64,000 nucleotides of DNA, taken from contig JAVJNR010000004.1 in the NCBI GenBank assembly GCA_040217195.1, forward strand, positions 928,001-992,000. Direction: 5' to 3'. The notes beneath the pieces were generated by a model, which worked only from the letters and a program-made list of their open reading frames with translations, searched no databases and was not told the origin of the DNA. The position numbers and the translations under genes were made by a program. Within the stretch, counting starts at the first letter, position 1. Each line of letters opens with the position of its first letter. Shown here piece after piece: positions 39,171 through 49,330 of this stretch. This DNA is from Leptospiraceae bacterium. Its GTDB lineage: Bacteria > Spirochaetota > Leptospiria > Leptospirales > Leptonemataceae.

Positions 39171-40619
39171 TTATTTTTTGCCCAGGGCCTTTCGCGCTGC
39201 TTCATGTAGAGTTTGCAGATCTGCAGCATTTCTACCTTCCACAATCAGTCGCACAATGGGCTCGGTATTGCTGGCCCTCAAATGAACCCAGCCTTCCGGA
39301 AAGCCCAGCCATAGACCATCCCTTTCATCCACGCTGGCTCCATGGCCCATTGCCTTTTTCAATTTGCGAAATGCTTCCGGAATTTTAGTTCGCTTCATTT
39401 CAATCTTTTCTTTTCGCATGTGAATTGCTGGCAGGTTCTGAAGCATACCATCCAGACTCGATATATTGAACTGAGCCATGGCAGATAGTATCCAGGCAGC
39501 ACCGGCCAGAGAGTCCCGGCCATAGGAGGGTAATGCAGGATCAATGACCCCTCCATTTCCTTCACCTCCAAAAACAGCCCTGGAGCTGAGCATGCTTTCC
39601 ACTACATTTGCTTCGCCCACCGGTGAGCGAGCGAAAGGTAAGCCTGCTTCCTGGGCAACAATGGATGTAAGCAAAGATGAGGACAGATTTACAACCACAC
39701 CATTTCGTTTTCCTCTGGCAGGACCTACCTTTCCTGTACGGCCAGATTTCAACGTTTGTACATATCCCATCAAGGCAAGCGGCAACGTGTATTCTTCATT
39801 GATTGCTCCGGCTATTGCAGTGCCTGGCACCAGGCGATCTGCATCCGGATCCAGGGCAAATCCTGCTGCCACTTTATCTTTCTGGCATAACTTCCCAAAT
39901 TCTTTCAGGGCAGCGGGCGTGGGCTCCGGAGGACGAGCAAAGCCCACCCGATCTTCGCAGTTCAACCGAATTACTTTGCATCCCAGGGCAGCCAGAAGAG
40001 CCGGCATGGCCTCTCGACCCGCCCCGTTCACCGCATCCACCACAACTCTATATTTCTTTTTACGAATCTGATTCACATTGGGAATTCGCTTCAGGATGGA
40101 ATTGATATGGAGTGAAACTCCATCGACTATTTCGGTCTCTCCCAGTTTTCCTGGACCCACCGTAGTATCCAGTTGCTGGGCCAGAGCCTCTTTCCAGGCC
40201 TGCAGTTCCCGAGAACCGAAGAAGAATCCACCCTTTTTTAGAAACTTAAGGCCATTCCATTGAATAGGATTATGCGACGCTGTTACAATTATTCCCGCCG
40301 ATGCTTTCTTCTGATTAACCACCGCTTTTACTGTAGGAGTGGGCGCCAGACCTGTATCCAGGACCTTCTTTCCGGACAGAGCCAGAATACCCTGAATTAG
40401 TTCGCGGATGGCCGGGCCAGAAGGCCGAGCATCGTTGCCCAGAACAATGACTCGATCCGTCATAGCGGCAAAGGACTGAATGAAACGAGCCAGATAATCC
40501 GGGCGAAACCCACCGGGAAGAGTTCCCCGAATTCCGGACACAGAGACCATTAGTTCTCCGGAGTCCACGGCCTTTTGAACCGTAGCAGGTAGAGCAATGT
40601 TCTTTTTGGATGCAGCCAT
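39171..40619 (-). CDS. glmM: phosphohexomutase (phosphoglucosamine mutase / PMM-PGM family)
   Basis: SVSGIRG, TASHNP phosphoserine, DPDADR, GGEGNGG, RASNTEP; proximity to glmS suggests GlmM, but substrate specificity is inferred. Confidence 0.75.
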   Translation of the reverse strand: MAASKKNIALPATVQKAVDSGELMVSVSGIRGTLPGGFRPDYLARFIQSFAAMTDRVIVLGNDARPSGPAIRELIQGILALSGKKVLDTGLAPTPTVKAVVNQKKASAGIIVTASHNPIQWNGLKFLKKGGFFFGSRELQAWKEALAQQLDTTVGPGKLGETEIVDGVSLHINSILKRIPNVNQIRKKKYRVVVDAVNGAGREAMPALLAALGCKVIRLNCEDRVGFARPPEPTPAALKEFGKLCQKDKVAAGFALDPDADRLVPGTAIAGAINEEYTLPLALMGYVQTLKSGRTGKVGPARGKRNGVVVNLSSSLLTSIVAQEAGLPFARSPVGEANVVESMLSSRAVFGGEGNGGVIDPALPSYGRDSLAGAAWILSAMAQFNISSLDGMLQNLPAIHMRKEKIEMKRTKIPEAFRKLKKAMGHGASVDERDGLWLGFPEGWVHLRASNTEPIVRLIVEGRNAADLQTLHEAARKALGKK

Positions 40620-40782
40620 ATTGCATGCCTGCATTGCCATTCTGTATGTCCAGCCGTTACCGAAGCATTGTTCCCTGGATTGCAACGCGGCCATCATCTG
40701 GAATTGCTCCGTTCAGTGGTGTCTGTGAGGCCGCGGTCAATTTTACTCGACCGCACAGTAGCTGGAAAAATTCTATGCTCAG

Positions 40783-40866
<84 letters not shown>

Positions 40867-40888
40867 ATTCCTGCCCTTCTTTTAATCC

Positions 40889-41389
40889 ATGGATCCATTG
40901 CTGGACGAAAAAATCGTCATTACACTGGCGCGGGGATTCACTGAATTCATTCAAGAGAGTTTACAAATTCATGCTGTTCGAGAGGCCTACGGCCCTTCCA
41001 GGAATGAAGGTCTTTGCTATGAGGCTACGTCTTGCATCGGATTTGGCGGTGACATAGAAGGAAAATTGTATCTTTGTATGGATGGATACACCAAGCTTAA
41101 GATGCTGCCGGTAATATTCGAAAAGTTCGGAGTAAACCTGGGCGAAAAAGGCATGGCAGATTCCGTTTTGCTGGAATTCTCCAATCAGATAGCAAGTTCC
41201 ATTATTCAGGAGCTTCGCGATGCAGGGTACAATCTCACTCTGGAACCTCCGGAAAACCTGAATCATAAACTGGTATCTATTGATCTAAATACAAACAGGC
41301 AATATATACTGATTTTCTTTCTTCAAGACCGGAGAGGTCGAAAGTACATGGGTCGCTGCTATCTAGTTCTTACCCTAAAAAAATTCTAA
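40889..41389 (+). CDS. CheX-like chemotaxis phosphatase
   Basis: IGFGGDIEG and EFSNQI (E-xx-N) motifs. Confidence 0.7.
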   Translation: MDPLLDEKIVITLARGFTEFIQESLQIHAVREAYGPSRNEGLCYEATSCIGFGGDIEGKLYLCMDGYTKLKMLPVIFEKFGVNLGEKGMADSVLLEFSNQIASSIIQELRDAGYNLTLEPPENLNHKLVSIDLNTNRQYILIFFLQDRRGRKYMGRCYLVLTLKKF

Positions 41390-41489
41390 TTGGCTTTGCT
41401 CTGTTATTGACTGATACATAGGCCGGGCTAACTTCCAGGCTTGGATAAATGCGAGGCAATTCGCATTTGCACCAACGGGGAGGTTTTCT

Positions 41490-41891
41490 ATGGATGATAT
41501 GACTCATCAGCTTGCAAAGAATCCTGTACATCTTGGACTTGGAGCCACAGCCGAAGTAGAGCCAGCAATCACGGGAATGGAATGGTATGCAGGTTACATA
41601 GAACGTCATAAAACGGACGGCAATGAAGGTCGTCTCGTCGCGGAACATACATTCAGCGAACCCTGGGACAGCTGGGAAATGCATCCTGAAGGCAGCGAAT
41701 TAGTCTACTGCATTCGCGGCGAAATTGATCTGATTCAAGAGGTTCCAGGAACTACTAGAAGGATTAAGCTCAGGTCCGGCGAATACGCCATCAACGAACC
41801 GGGGGTATGGCATACTGCAGATGTGACCGAAAGTTGTACCGTACTGTTTATTACATCCGGCCTGGGAACACAGCATAGACAGCGTACATGA
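41490..41891 (+). CDS. cupin-domain protein
   Basis: WEMHPEGSELV..G and INEPGVWHTA. Confidence 0.9.
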   Translation: MDDMTHQLAKNPVHLGLGATAEVEPAITGMEWYAGYIERHKTDGNEGRLVAEHTFSEPWDSWEMHPEGSELVYCIRGEIDLIQEVPGTTRRIKLRSGEYAINEPGVWHTADVTESCTVLFITSGLGTQHRQRT

Positions 41892-43039
41892 GTTCTCAAT
41901 CTCCAGCCGGGCCTCTTGCTCGAGCGCTGAATCATACTACAACCAGCTATAAGTTCCTGTTCTTGAAAGGCTTACTGGATGCGGCAGGAATCACATCGGC
42001 TGTAGAAAAACGAGATTCCATTCCTCTCAAAGAAATCTATGTTCGATCCATTGTTACTGCCTGGTATCCGGTAGTTACTTTTCATCTTTCCCTTGGCAGC
42101 CAGGATCGCATCGAGCAATTCATTGGTACTATCAAGGAATCGCCAGGGATCGATACCATAGAAATTCCTTCCCCGGACCGCTTAATATCCGAATTTTCCG
42201 GCCAATCCAGCAATGAAGAGCAAAACAGAATATTCAAACAGCTGGATCAATATGTACGCTTTCGCTTCTTGACTCCCTGGATAGAGGATGAATTGAGGGG
42301 CCTGCCAGACTCCAAAAAGAATGCAGCCATTGAAAGAATCGCAGCGGCCGATGCGAAAAGCAAACCGCAGAAGCAACGATTACCTTACCATTTCATGGAA
42401 ATGGACGGAGAAATTCATATTGCCTTGCAGAAACAATTCTCGGAGTATTTGCGATCCAATTCCACTCTGGTATACGATTGGTGGCGATGGAATTTTGCCA
42501 GATACGTTCAGGACCGAAATCCACTGTGCCCGGGGATCATAAATAAGATTGAAAAGCCCGAAAAAAGAGAGCTTACACTTCAGCGAATTGTCTGGAACCA
42601 TAGAATCAATGTCGGTGACGATATCCGCTGCATCTACTCAGGAGCGAAGCTAGACAGGTCTTTTGACCTGGATCATTTCATCCCCTGGTCTTACCTGCTG
42701 CATGATAAGCTCTGGAATATTCATCCCTGTCTGCCGAATGCCAATCGAAGTAAATCCGATCGTCTGCCTTCCCTGTCCCTGTATTTGGATAGATTTCTCA
42801 TATTGCAACTGGAAGCATTGAAATCCACTCCGCTCTTAACAGACACCTGGTCAAAACGACAGTCCTGGAAATCAAAATACGAGTTTCAGTACGATATCTC
42901 TCCGCAGCTAAATCTGCTGCGGATTTCCCGGGAAAACAGCAAAAGGGCCCAGAGGTTATTGGAGGAGAACATAGTTAGGCTCTGGGAGTCCGCAGAGCAG
43001 CAGGGCTATGCAACAGACTGGATCTACCTACCGGCCTAG
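41888..43039 (+). CDS. HNH endonuclease domain protein
   Basis: N-terminal TSYKFLFL; CIYSG...DLDHFIPWS...WN...N..KSD. Confidence 0.85.
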   Translation: MSSQSPAGPLARALNHTTTSYKFLFLKGLLDAAGITSAVEKRDSIPLKEIYVRSIVTAWYPVVTFHLSLGSQDRIEQFIGTIKESPGIDTIEIPSPDRLISEFSGQSSNEEQNRIFKQLDQYVRFRFLTPWIEDELRGLPDSKKNAAIERIAAADAKSKPQKQRLPYHFMEMDGEIHIALQKQFSEYLRSNSTLVYDWWRWNFARYVQDRNPLCPGIINKIEKPEKRELTLQRIVWNHRINVGDDIRCIYSGAKLDRSFDLDHFIPWSYLLHDKLWNIHPCLPNANRSKSDRLPSLSLYLDRFLILQLEALKSTPLLTDTWSKRQSWKSKYEFQYDISPQLNLLRISRENSKRAQRLLEENIVRLWESAEQQGYATDWIYLPA

Positions 43040-43070
43040 TCGAGCGAGCCGGACCTGACGAATGACCAAT

Positions 43071-43451
43071 TTAATATTTCTGCTTTTCTGAGATAACCCC
43101 GCGAACGCCACCTCGTGGATCTCTGGAGTCGCCGGAGTTACGCGGAATTACATGGATATGCACATGCCATACAGTCTGACCCGCGGCAGGCCCCATATTT
43201 ATGCCAATGTTGAAATCAGTGGCTCCGAACTCCTCTTTGAGTTCTAACAGAACTTCATCCACCAGGCTCCACAAACTCTGCTTCTCTTCGCCACTTAGTT
43301 CATCGTAGCGCGATACAACCCGTCGGCTGATGACCAGGGTGTGGCCCGGAGTTACCGGAAAACGATCCCTGCAGGCAAAACTCAGCTCATTTTCTGCAAC
43401 TCTGGGAGCGCTCAGAAATGGACTTTCGAAAGGAGGCGAGTTATCGCTCAT
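43071..43451 (-). CDS. HIT-family nucleotide hydrolase
   Basis: FPVTPGHTLVI, NIGIN.G.AAGQTVWHVHIHVIPR. Confidence 0.92.
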   Translation of the reverse strand: MSDNSPPFESPFLSAPRVAENELSFACRDRFPVTPGHTLVISRRVVSRYDELSGEEKQSLWSLVDEVLLELKEEFGATDFNIGINMGPAAGQTVWHVHIHVIPRNSGDSRDPRGGVRGVISEKQKY

Positions 43452-43489
43452 TTGTTAATTTGCCTGTGTGCTATTGTTTCGCAGGTAAG

Positions 43490-43936
43490 TCAGCCCATGG
43501 AATAGGGATCACCACCGCCGCCACCGGCCTTCATTTCATGAAGTTTATGCCGAGTTTCTGCGATTGCATCCTCCACTTCAGCTGTTCTTTCCAGAATTAG
43601 CTTCAGAAGAGAAAAAGGAAAAACAGGATCATTTCTAGAGATTCGAAGAAACATGGGTTCGTCGATATAACCCAGTTTGGCATGCTTGGTCTGCACTCGA
43701 ATTGTGGCTGAGCGAGGGTTTCGATTCAAGATTGCCATTTCGCCGAAGAAAGCTCCCGGACCAAGTGTGGCAATTGTGTAATCAGCTCCATCAATCTGGC
43801 GAGATACGCTCATCTCCCCTTCCGATACAAAGTACATACGTCCGTCTGAATCCTGGCCCTGCTCGAAAATCACCTCACCCTGTTTGTAGTAAGCCGTGGC
43901 GAGATTATTTACGTATTCAAAGATATTCAGGGACAT
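43490..43936 (-). CDS. stand-alone cyclic-nucleotide-binding protein
   Basis: IFEQG, MYFV..G, FFGEMAIL...PRSAT; no HTH. Confidence 0.88.
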   Translation of the reverse strand: MSLNIFEYVNNLATAYYKQGEVIFEQGQDSDGRMYFVSEGEMSVSRQIDGADYTIATLGPGAFFGEMAILNRNPRSATIRVQTKHAKLGYIDEPMFLRISRNDPVFPFSLLKLILERTAEVEDAIAETRHKLHEMKAGGGGGDPYSMG

Positions 43937-44430
43937 TAGCTAATACCCCTTCTGGCTTTTTCCTGATCCAGCTCTTCGGTAAGCTTTTGCAGAGTATCCT
44001 CGGACTTGATCAGTCGGTCCACAGCATGCCTTAGCAGATAGAATAGAAACTGAGGACTGGAACCGGATAGCTTGTAGAGGATGGATTTATTGATTACACC
44101 TAACTTGGCTTCCGGACTGATTACACGGGCCGTGGCCATCCGGGGCTGGGCTCGAATCAAAGCCATTTCGCCAAAAAACTTTCCAGGACCAATGGAGTTG
44201 ATCTGGCGCTCCTCGCTTCCATCACCTCTAAAAATGCCAATAATTCCTTCAAACACAAAGTACATGCAGTCCCCGGCCGTTTCCCCTTCCTGGAAAATGA
44301 TATGATTCTGGGGATATTTCTCCAGAGTAACCCGCTTCAGCTGGTCCAGCACAGACATGATTCCCATTTCAGCAGGTCCGGAGCTATCCTGCAAGTCAAT
44401 CCCGGTCGGCCGTACCATTTTAGCTGCCAT
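43936..44430 (-). CDS. stand-alone cyclic-nucleotide-binding protein
   Basis: IFQEGE, MYFV..G, FFGEMALI...PRMAT; coiled-coil tail. Confidence 0.88.
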   Translation of the reverse strand: MAAKMVRPTGIDLQDSSGPAEMGIMSVLDQLKRVTLEKYPQNHIIFQEGETAGDCMYFVFEGIIGIFRGDGSEERQINSIGPGKFFGEMALIRAQPRMATARVISPEAKLGVINKSILYKLSGSSPQFLFYLLRHAVDRLIKSEDTLQKLTEELDQEKARRGIS

Positions 44431-44477
44431 CTGGAGAAAAAAATGGTCTCTGTATCTGTCTTACAACCACTGGCCAT

Positions 44478-45344
44478 ATGAGCCGGAAGTCCGAAGACAG
44501 CCTATTTAATGCCATGAACAGACAGGTGGGGCGTACCATCCATCAGTATGATCTGATCGAAGATGGCGATCGCATACTTGTGGCCATGAGCGGAGGAAAG
44601 GATAGCCTCTTTCTATTATATATACTCAAGGAATTCCAGAAGAAAGCACCCATTTCATTTGAGCTGGTTCCGGTCCATCTGGACCAGGGTCAGCCCGGCC
44701 ACACAGCCGAGCCATTAATCGAACTGGTTCAATCCATGGGATTTGATCTGCATATTGAATATCAGGACACCTATTCTACCGTCCTGGAACTAACCCCGGA
44801 GGGCAAGACCTACTGTGCCGTATGCAGTCGATTGCGCAGAGGTATTCTCTACAGGTTGGCGAGGGAGACTAACTGCAACCGGATTGCTCTGGGGCATCAC
44901 AGGGAAGATCTTTTGAGCACATTTCTAATGAATGCATTCTTCAATGGTAAACTGGGAAGCATGCCACCGGTGTACAGAATCGAAGAAGGAGATCTCCAGG
45001 TAATACGACCACTGGCCTCTGTATCAGAAGACGATATCAAAGAATTCGTTTCGCTTAAAGGTTGGACAGTGCTACCCTGCAACCTTTGCGGCTCCCAGGA
45101 AGGAGCCCGCCGAAAGCAAATGCAACATTTGCTGGCAGATCTGGAAAAAACAAGTCCTCAGATCAAGAATTCTCTGCTGGCAGCTCTGGGAAACATCCAC
45201 CGCGATGAACTTATGGATCAATCACTCTGGACCGGTAGTCGAAGGGGGCCGGACCTGGAGAATTCCAGAAACCAACAGCCATTGTCTTCCTTCATGCACG
45301 ACAATACCAGAGGAGTGGTTACCGCATCTGCAGCCGCCGAATAA
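44478..45344 (+). CDS. ttcA: tRNA 2-thiocytidine(32) synthetase
   Basis: SGGKDS PP-loop, CAVCSRLRRG, ALGHHRED, IRPL, PCNLCGSQ. Confidence 0.92.
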   Translation: MSRKSEDSLFNAMNRQVGRTIHQYDLIEDGDRILVAMSGGKDSLFLLYILKEFQKKAPISFELVPVHLDQGQPGHTAEPLIELVQSMGFDLHIEYQDTYSTVLELTPEGKTYCAVCSRLRRGILYRLARETNCNRIALGHHREDLLSTFLMNAFFNGKLGSMPPVYRIEEGDLQVIRPLASVSEDDIKEFVSLKGWTVLPCNLCGSQEGARRKQMQHLLADLEKTSPQIKNSLLAALGNIHRDELMDQSLWTGSRRGPDLENSRNQQPLSSFMHDNTRGVVTASAAAE

Positions 45345-45609
45345 GCGATGAATTGGTGTGCGAATCATCGGGAAAGGTCAGACGTATTCGTCAAAGTCAC
45401 GGATAGCTCTGCGCATGCCTGACCTGTACTTCGTCAGCACGATGCTGGGGTCACAGGCGGGCTCAAATTAGCGAGATGTACCCTGGCAGGCAATAAACAC
45501 CCGCAGGTGACTTCAAAGGATGCCAGGCCGCCAGAATAAACGACGGGACAATGGCCTTAAATGACCCGCCCGCAGATTGAATCTCCCGCAGGCAGGCCAG
45601 AGTCGTCGG

Positions 45610-46071
45610 TTAATAAGCAAACCTACCGGGCGCGGGTTCCACCATCAACCCCTGCGTGGAATCCGATGAGGTGCTCAAAGGTTGCGAAAAGGTATAGCCA
45701 CTTCCGGTATCTGTAACAGTGATCTGACTGCCACGCGGAAAGGTTGCCCTGGCTGAACAGGTTCTACCATTTCGTCCTATCGCGGCGGTATGCGTGGTGG
45801 TCACTGACTGATATTCGCTGGTTTCTCCATTGGCCACCGAAAAGGTTAGCATGGCCGCATCAGCACAGCCGGCCGTTGGATGCAGTGTGTAGGCTACCGC
45901 AGATCCGCTATTGTTTAAGATTTGCGCGCGAACCTGTAAATCCGCAAGAGCCAACCAGAACAAAGGTTCATCGAAAATCCGGGCCGGGCTTCCACAATGC
46001 GGACCGGGAACAGACAATCTCATCAGAAGTAATGCGATGAGTAACAGCTCAACCTTCCCGGGCTAGATCAT
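45610..46071 (-). pseudogene. putative exported protein whose signal peptide is interrupted by TAG (or which uses a non-ATG start)
   Basis: ATG ATC TAG CCC GGG AAG GTT GAG CTG TTA CTC... is in frame with ORF 45610-46023. Confidence 0.4.
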
Positions 46072-46138
46072 GGAGCCGGCTTCTGCATCTGACTGAACAC
46101 AGATAGCCCGCGGTTCTCGCCACCGATTATGCCTTCCC

Positions 46139-46528
46139 CTATTCCGCCGCACGAACGCCGGAGCGATACCGAATCACTGTTCCAGTAGCCTTCCAGCGAA
46201 ATTCATTGTAGACGAAAAACAGAACTCCAAAAACTTCCAGATCAGTCTGTACGTTAATGACATCATCGCCGCCCTTTTCCAGAGCCTTCTGCCTTAAGGC
46301 TGAGAATCCCTGCCCGCCATAATTGAAAAGTCCAAGAATGCTGTAGATGGTTCCCTCCGCTTCGACAGTGCCAAGTATCTGGTAGTCATCGGAATCCAGT
46401 TGAAATGTGGTAAATCCATTTGTGGGCCCCGGGCTACGAACGTTGTTATAACATCCTGGAAGTGCGCCCAGGCTGATAAGGAACGCAGATATTGCTGCCA
46501 ATCTAATGCTTTTTTTGAGTAGATCCAT
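46139..46528 (-). CDS. small lipoprotein (TRL/DUF6567-like)
   Basis: LPGC lipobox; GTVEAEG..SILGL..G, GDDVINV, ATGTVI. Confidence 0.7.
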   Translation of the reverse strand: MDLLKKSIRLAAISAFLISLGALPGCYNNVRSPGPTNGFTTFQLDSDDYQILGTVEAEGTIYSILGLFNYGGQGFSALRQKALEKGGDDVINVQTDLEVFGVLFFVYNEFRWKATGTVIRYRSGVRAAE

Positions 46529-46608
46529 GCTCAGGACTCTGCCCGGCACCAGGAAGCCGTAAACCCGAAAATGGTTGTCGTGTATCGTTTTTGATCAATT
46601 CTTGAAGC

Positions 46609-47280
46609 GTGCAGGCAAATGTAATTGAACTGGAGAATGCTACCGTAACCTCCTTTCCGGTATGGCCCCTGGGTTGTAATTGTTCCATAATTGAATGTAA
46701 AGGAAGCCAGGAGGCCATTGTGGTGGATCCAGGAGGCGAAGAAGAAAAAATTCTGGGAGTTCTAAGAGAGAGAGGACTTCAGGTTTCCCGGATCATTCAC
46801 ACCCATGCCCACTTTGATCACTGCCTGGGAACCCATGGTGTGGCCGATGCACTGCGGCAGGAGGATCCGAACAGAGAGGTTCTAGTAGGACTGCATAAAG
46901 GAGATAGTTTTCTTTATCGAAATCTGGCCATGCAATGTGGTTGGTTCGGACTTCCGCCTATGGAATCCAGGGAACCCATCAACCTGGATCTGGAAGATGG
47001 AATGCGAATTTCCTTTGGACAACAGGAGCTGGAAGTATTGCACACTCCAGGGCATACCCCGGGGTCATGCTGCTTTAGCGTGGAAGGTCTGGTCTTTTCC
47101 GGAGATACACTGTTTGCAGGGGGGATTGGTCGAACGGACTTACCTGGCGGCGATTCAGAACTAATTATGAAAAGCATCCGGGGTCGGCTCTTTTCCCTGG
47201 ACGATGGGACGGCCGTGATACCCGGCCATGGAGGATTCACCAGAATCTTCGAAGAAAAATCCACCAATCCTTTCTTTTAA
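46609..47280 (+). CDS. MBL-fold metallohydrolase (glyoxalase II-like)
   Basis: THAHFDH, HTPGHTPG, FSGDTLF, PGHG. Confidence 0.92.
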   Translation: MQANVIELENATVTSFPVWPLGCNCSIIECKGSQEAIVVDPGGEEEKILGVLRERGLQVSRIIHTHAHFDHCLGTHGVADALRQEDPNREVLVGLHKGDSFLYRNLAMQCGWFGLPPMESREPINLDLEDGMRISFGQQELEVLHTPGHTPGSCCFSVEGLVFSGDTLFAGGIGRTDLPGGDSELIMKSIRGRLFSLDDGTAVIPGHGGFTRIFEEKSTNPFF

Positions 47281-47369
47281 GTTTCGAAGGTATTTCTCAA
47301 ATCAACCTACGAAAGGACGTTCCAGATACTGTTCCTGGAGCCCCAACCTCGGATTTCTAAGGCGGCTGC

Positions 47370-48083
47370 ATGCGAATTCCTACACAGCCGGGCTCAATTG
47401 CCGATAGAATTAAGATGAGCCCTCCCTTCCCTGCCAGTGGCCCCAGGAAATCCGGTGCTGCACCCTCCAGGCCTTCCGGACGGACCATTCCATTGGCCTA
47501 CGGTATACTTATTCTCATGGCACTTGCTCCTGCTCTGTCGGAAGCTCCATCGGCTTTTCCCCGAGAAATTGACTTCGGATATGAAAAGCGAATGGGCCAA
47601 TTCATTACAGGACGAGAACTGGAAATCTGGGCCGCCCAGAGAGGGCTGGAGATAACTCCTGATTGTCCGCTAAGAGACCTGGCGGATTCAGAAGCGGAGA
47701 TTATCTCTTCCAGAGGCTCAAGCTTCGAGCTCTTCGCTCCCGGTCAGGGAAGAGTGTATCTGTACCTGGACTTTGTATCTTTCCGTAAGCAGGGAACCCG
47801 TAACAGGCCTCTGGAGCCACATTGTTACCCGGCTCAAAGTGAAATCAGGCTACTGGAAAACACAGATCTTCCGGTGCAATTTCTGGAAATCTATGTAAAC
47901 GGTAGCCGAGTCAGTACCCAGGTATTCGGCGCCGGTTCTCAACCAGCATCGCCATTAATTGTGCCAATTACTCGGGAAATGATGCCTGATCGAAGACTTC
48001 AGATTGAACTAAGACCGGGACCGGGAAACCAATTGCTGGCCCTATGGGATGCTTTTCTGAGCGAAATCCCTCCCGAGAGATGA
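47370..48083 (+). CDS. hypothetical exported protein
   Basis: Hydrophobic leader then beta-rich domain; start uncertain. Confidence 0.6.
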   Translation: MRIPTQPGSIADRIKMSPPFPASGPRKSGAAPSRPSGRTIPLAYGILILMALAPALSEAPSAFPREIDFGYEKRMGQFITGRELEIWAAQRGLEITPDCPLRDLADSEAEIISSRGSSFELFAPGQGRVYLYLDFVSFRKQGTRNRPLEPHCYPAQSEIRLLENTDLPVQFLEIYVNGSRVSTQVFGAGSQPASPLIVPITREMMPDRRLQIELRPGPGNQLLALWDAFLSEIPPER

Positions 48084-48126
48084 GCGGTTCCGCTTCCGGA
48101 CCCGCTTTCAATGGAAGGCTTCTAAA

Positions 48127-48462
48127 TTAGAAGGAGTAGCGGGACTTGAATTCATCACCGGAAAGTATTTCAAAATAAGAAGTTAGTCCGCTGACTTTGA
48201 ATACCTTTTCGATGGCCGGTTTCAGGTTGGCCACACATAGCTTTCCGTTCAATCCCTGGATGTAATTCAGGGCTTTGATCAGTATACCAATTCCGCTGGA
48301 ATCAATGTATGTCAGCTTATCCAGGTCGATAACAACGTCGGGATTGTTATCCTTAACGTTTTCTTCCAGGGATGATTTGAGATCCAGGGAGGTATAGATG
48401 TCCAGGCTGCCCTCAAGTTCGAATAGAATCTGATTATCGTTTTTCTTTACACTGATTTCCAT
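48127..48462 (-). CDS. STAS-domain anti-sigma-factor antagonist
   Basis: LEGSLD, DL..LTYIDSSGIG (phosphoacceptor Ser), VFKVSGL. Confidence 0.92.
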   Translation of the reverse strand: MEISVKKNDNQILFELEGSLDIYTSLDLKSSLEENVKDNNPDVVIDLDKLTYIDSSGIGILIKALNYIQGLNGKLCVANLKPAIEKVFKVSGLTSYFEILSGDEFKSRYSF

Positions 48463-48570
48463 ATACAGAGTCCAGGGCAACAGCCTACAGAGGGCCACAA
48501 AGAATTCAATGAAAAATTGGAAAAAAGACCGATATTAAAAGACAGGGTGACTTTCGCAATTAAGGTAGCT

Positions 48571-49329
48571 ATGATGGGACAGAGGAAATGGATTCCGGCG
48601 GCCGTACTGACGGCCTTTCTCTTTGCGCCGCAGTATGATTATCGTGCAGAGCAGAATGCAGACAATGGGGCGCCCTCGCTCACAGAGCTGGAAGTACCCA
48701 ACGAGGCTCAGACAAAACAGATCCGTGACTTAATTCAACAGATTGCAGAGGTGGAATCCTCCATTGCTGCCATGAAAAATGACCTGGATGTGCTGGGAAA
48801 GGTTAACGATGGACAGACCCGCATCAATGTGGCCGCTACCTACATGGGCAATCCCGGGAATATCGAGCACCGTTTCTTCATTAACGAGATAGCCACCATC
48901 CATTGGAACGGAAATCAAATCGGTAAATTCGAATTCTTCCGTCGGCAGGCCAGAGTCCGGGGCATTTATATTATAAAAAAGACCATGACTGCAGATTCCA
49001 TGGCTCAGGCCGCAGAAAGCGGAACCTTGCAGGTTCCAATTGCCATTCTGGTACAGGAAACCCTGGACTCCGGTCGTGGCATAGTCACTCAATTCAAGCT
49101 ACCCGGACCAGACCAGGACAGTATTAAAGATCACAATGAGCTTGTGGAGTCTGGAAAAGGAAAAATGGAAGTGAGCACGGTCTACCTTCGACAGGTGGAG
49201 GACCGGCTGGATATTCTCAGAAGATATCTACAGGCCATGCGAGACACAGAGCGAATTATCAGATATCTGATTCGAAATAAAATCAAAGCAGACCACTACC
49301 GCTACGAAAGGACCAAAAGCATTAAATGA
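48571..49329 (+). CDS. hypothetical exported protein
   Basis: Signal-like N-terminus, coiled-coil ends; first gene of a three-gene run. Confidence 0.7.
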   Translation: MMGQRKWIPAAVLTAFLFAPQYDYRAEQNADNGAPSLTELEVPNEAQTKQIRDLIQQIAEVESSIAAMKNDLDVLGKVNDGQTRINVAATYMGNPGNIEHRFFINEIATIHWNGNQIGKFEFFRRQARVRGIYIIKKTMTADSMAQAAESGTLQVPIAILVQETLDSGRGIVTQFKLPGPDQDSIKDHNELVESGKGKMEVSTVYLRQVEDRLDILRRYLQAMRDTERIIRYLIRNKIKADHYRYERTKSIK

Positions 49330-49330
49330 T

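Noticed and set aside
45345..45609. Possible riboswitch or sRNA after ttcA
   Set aside because: No known motif or convincing long stems seen
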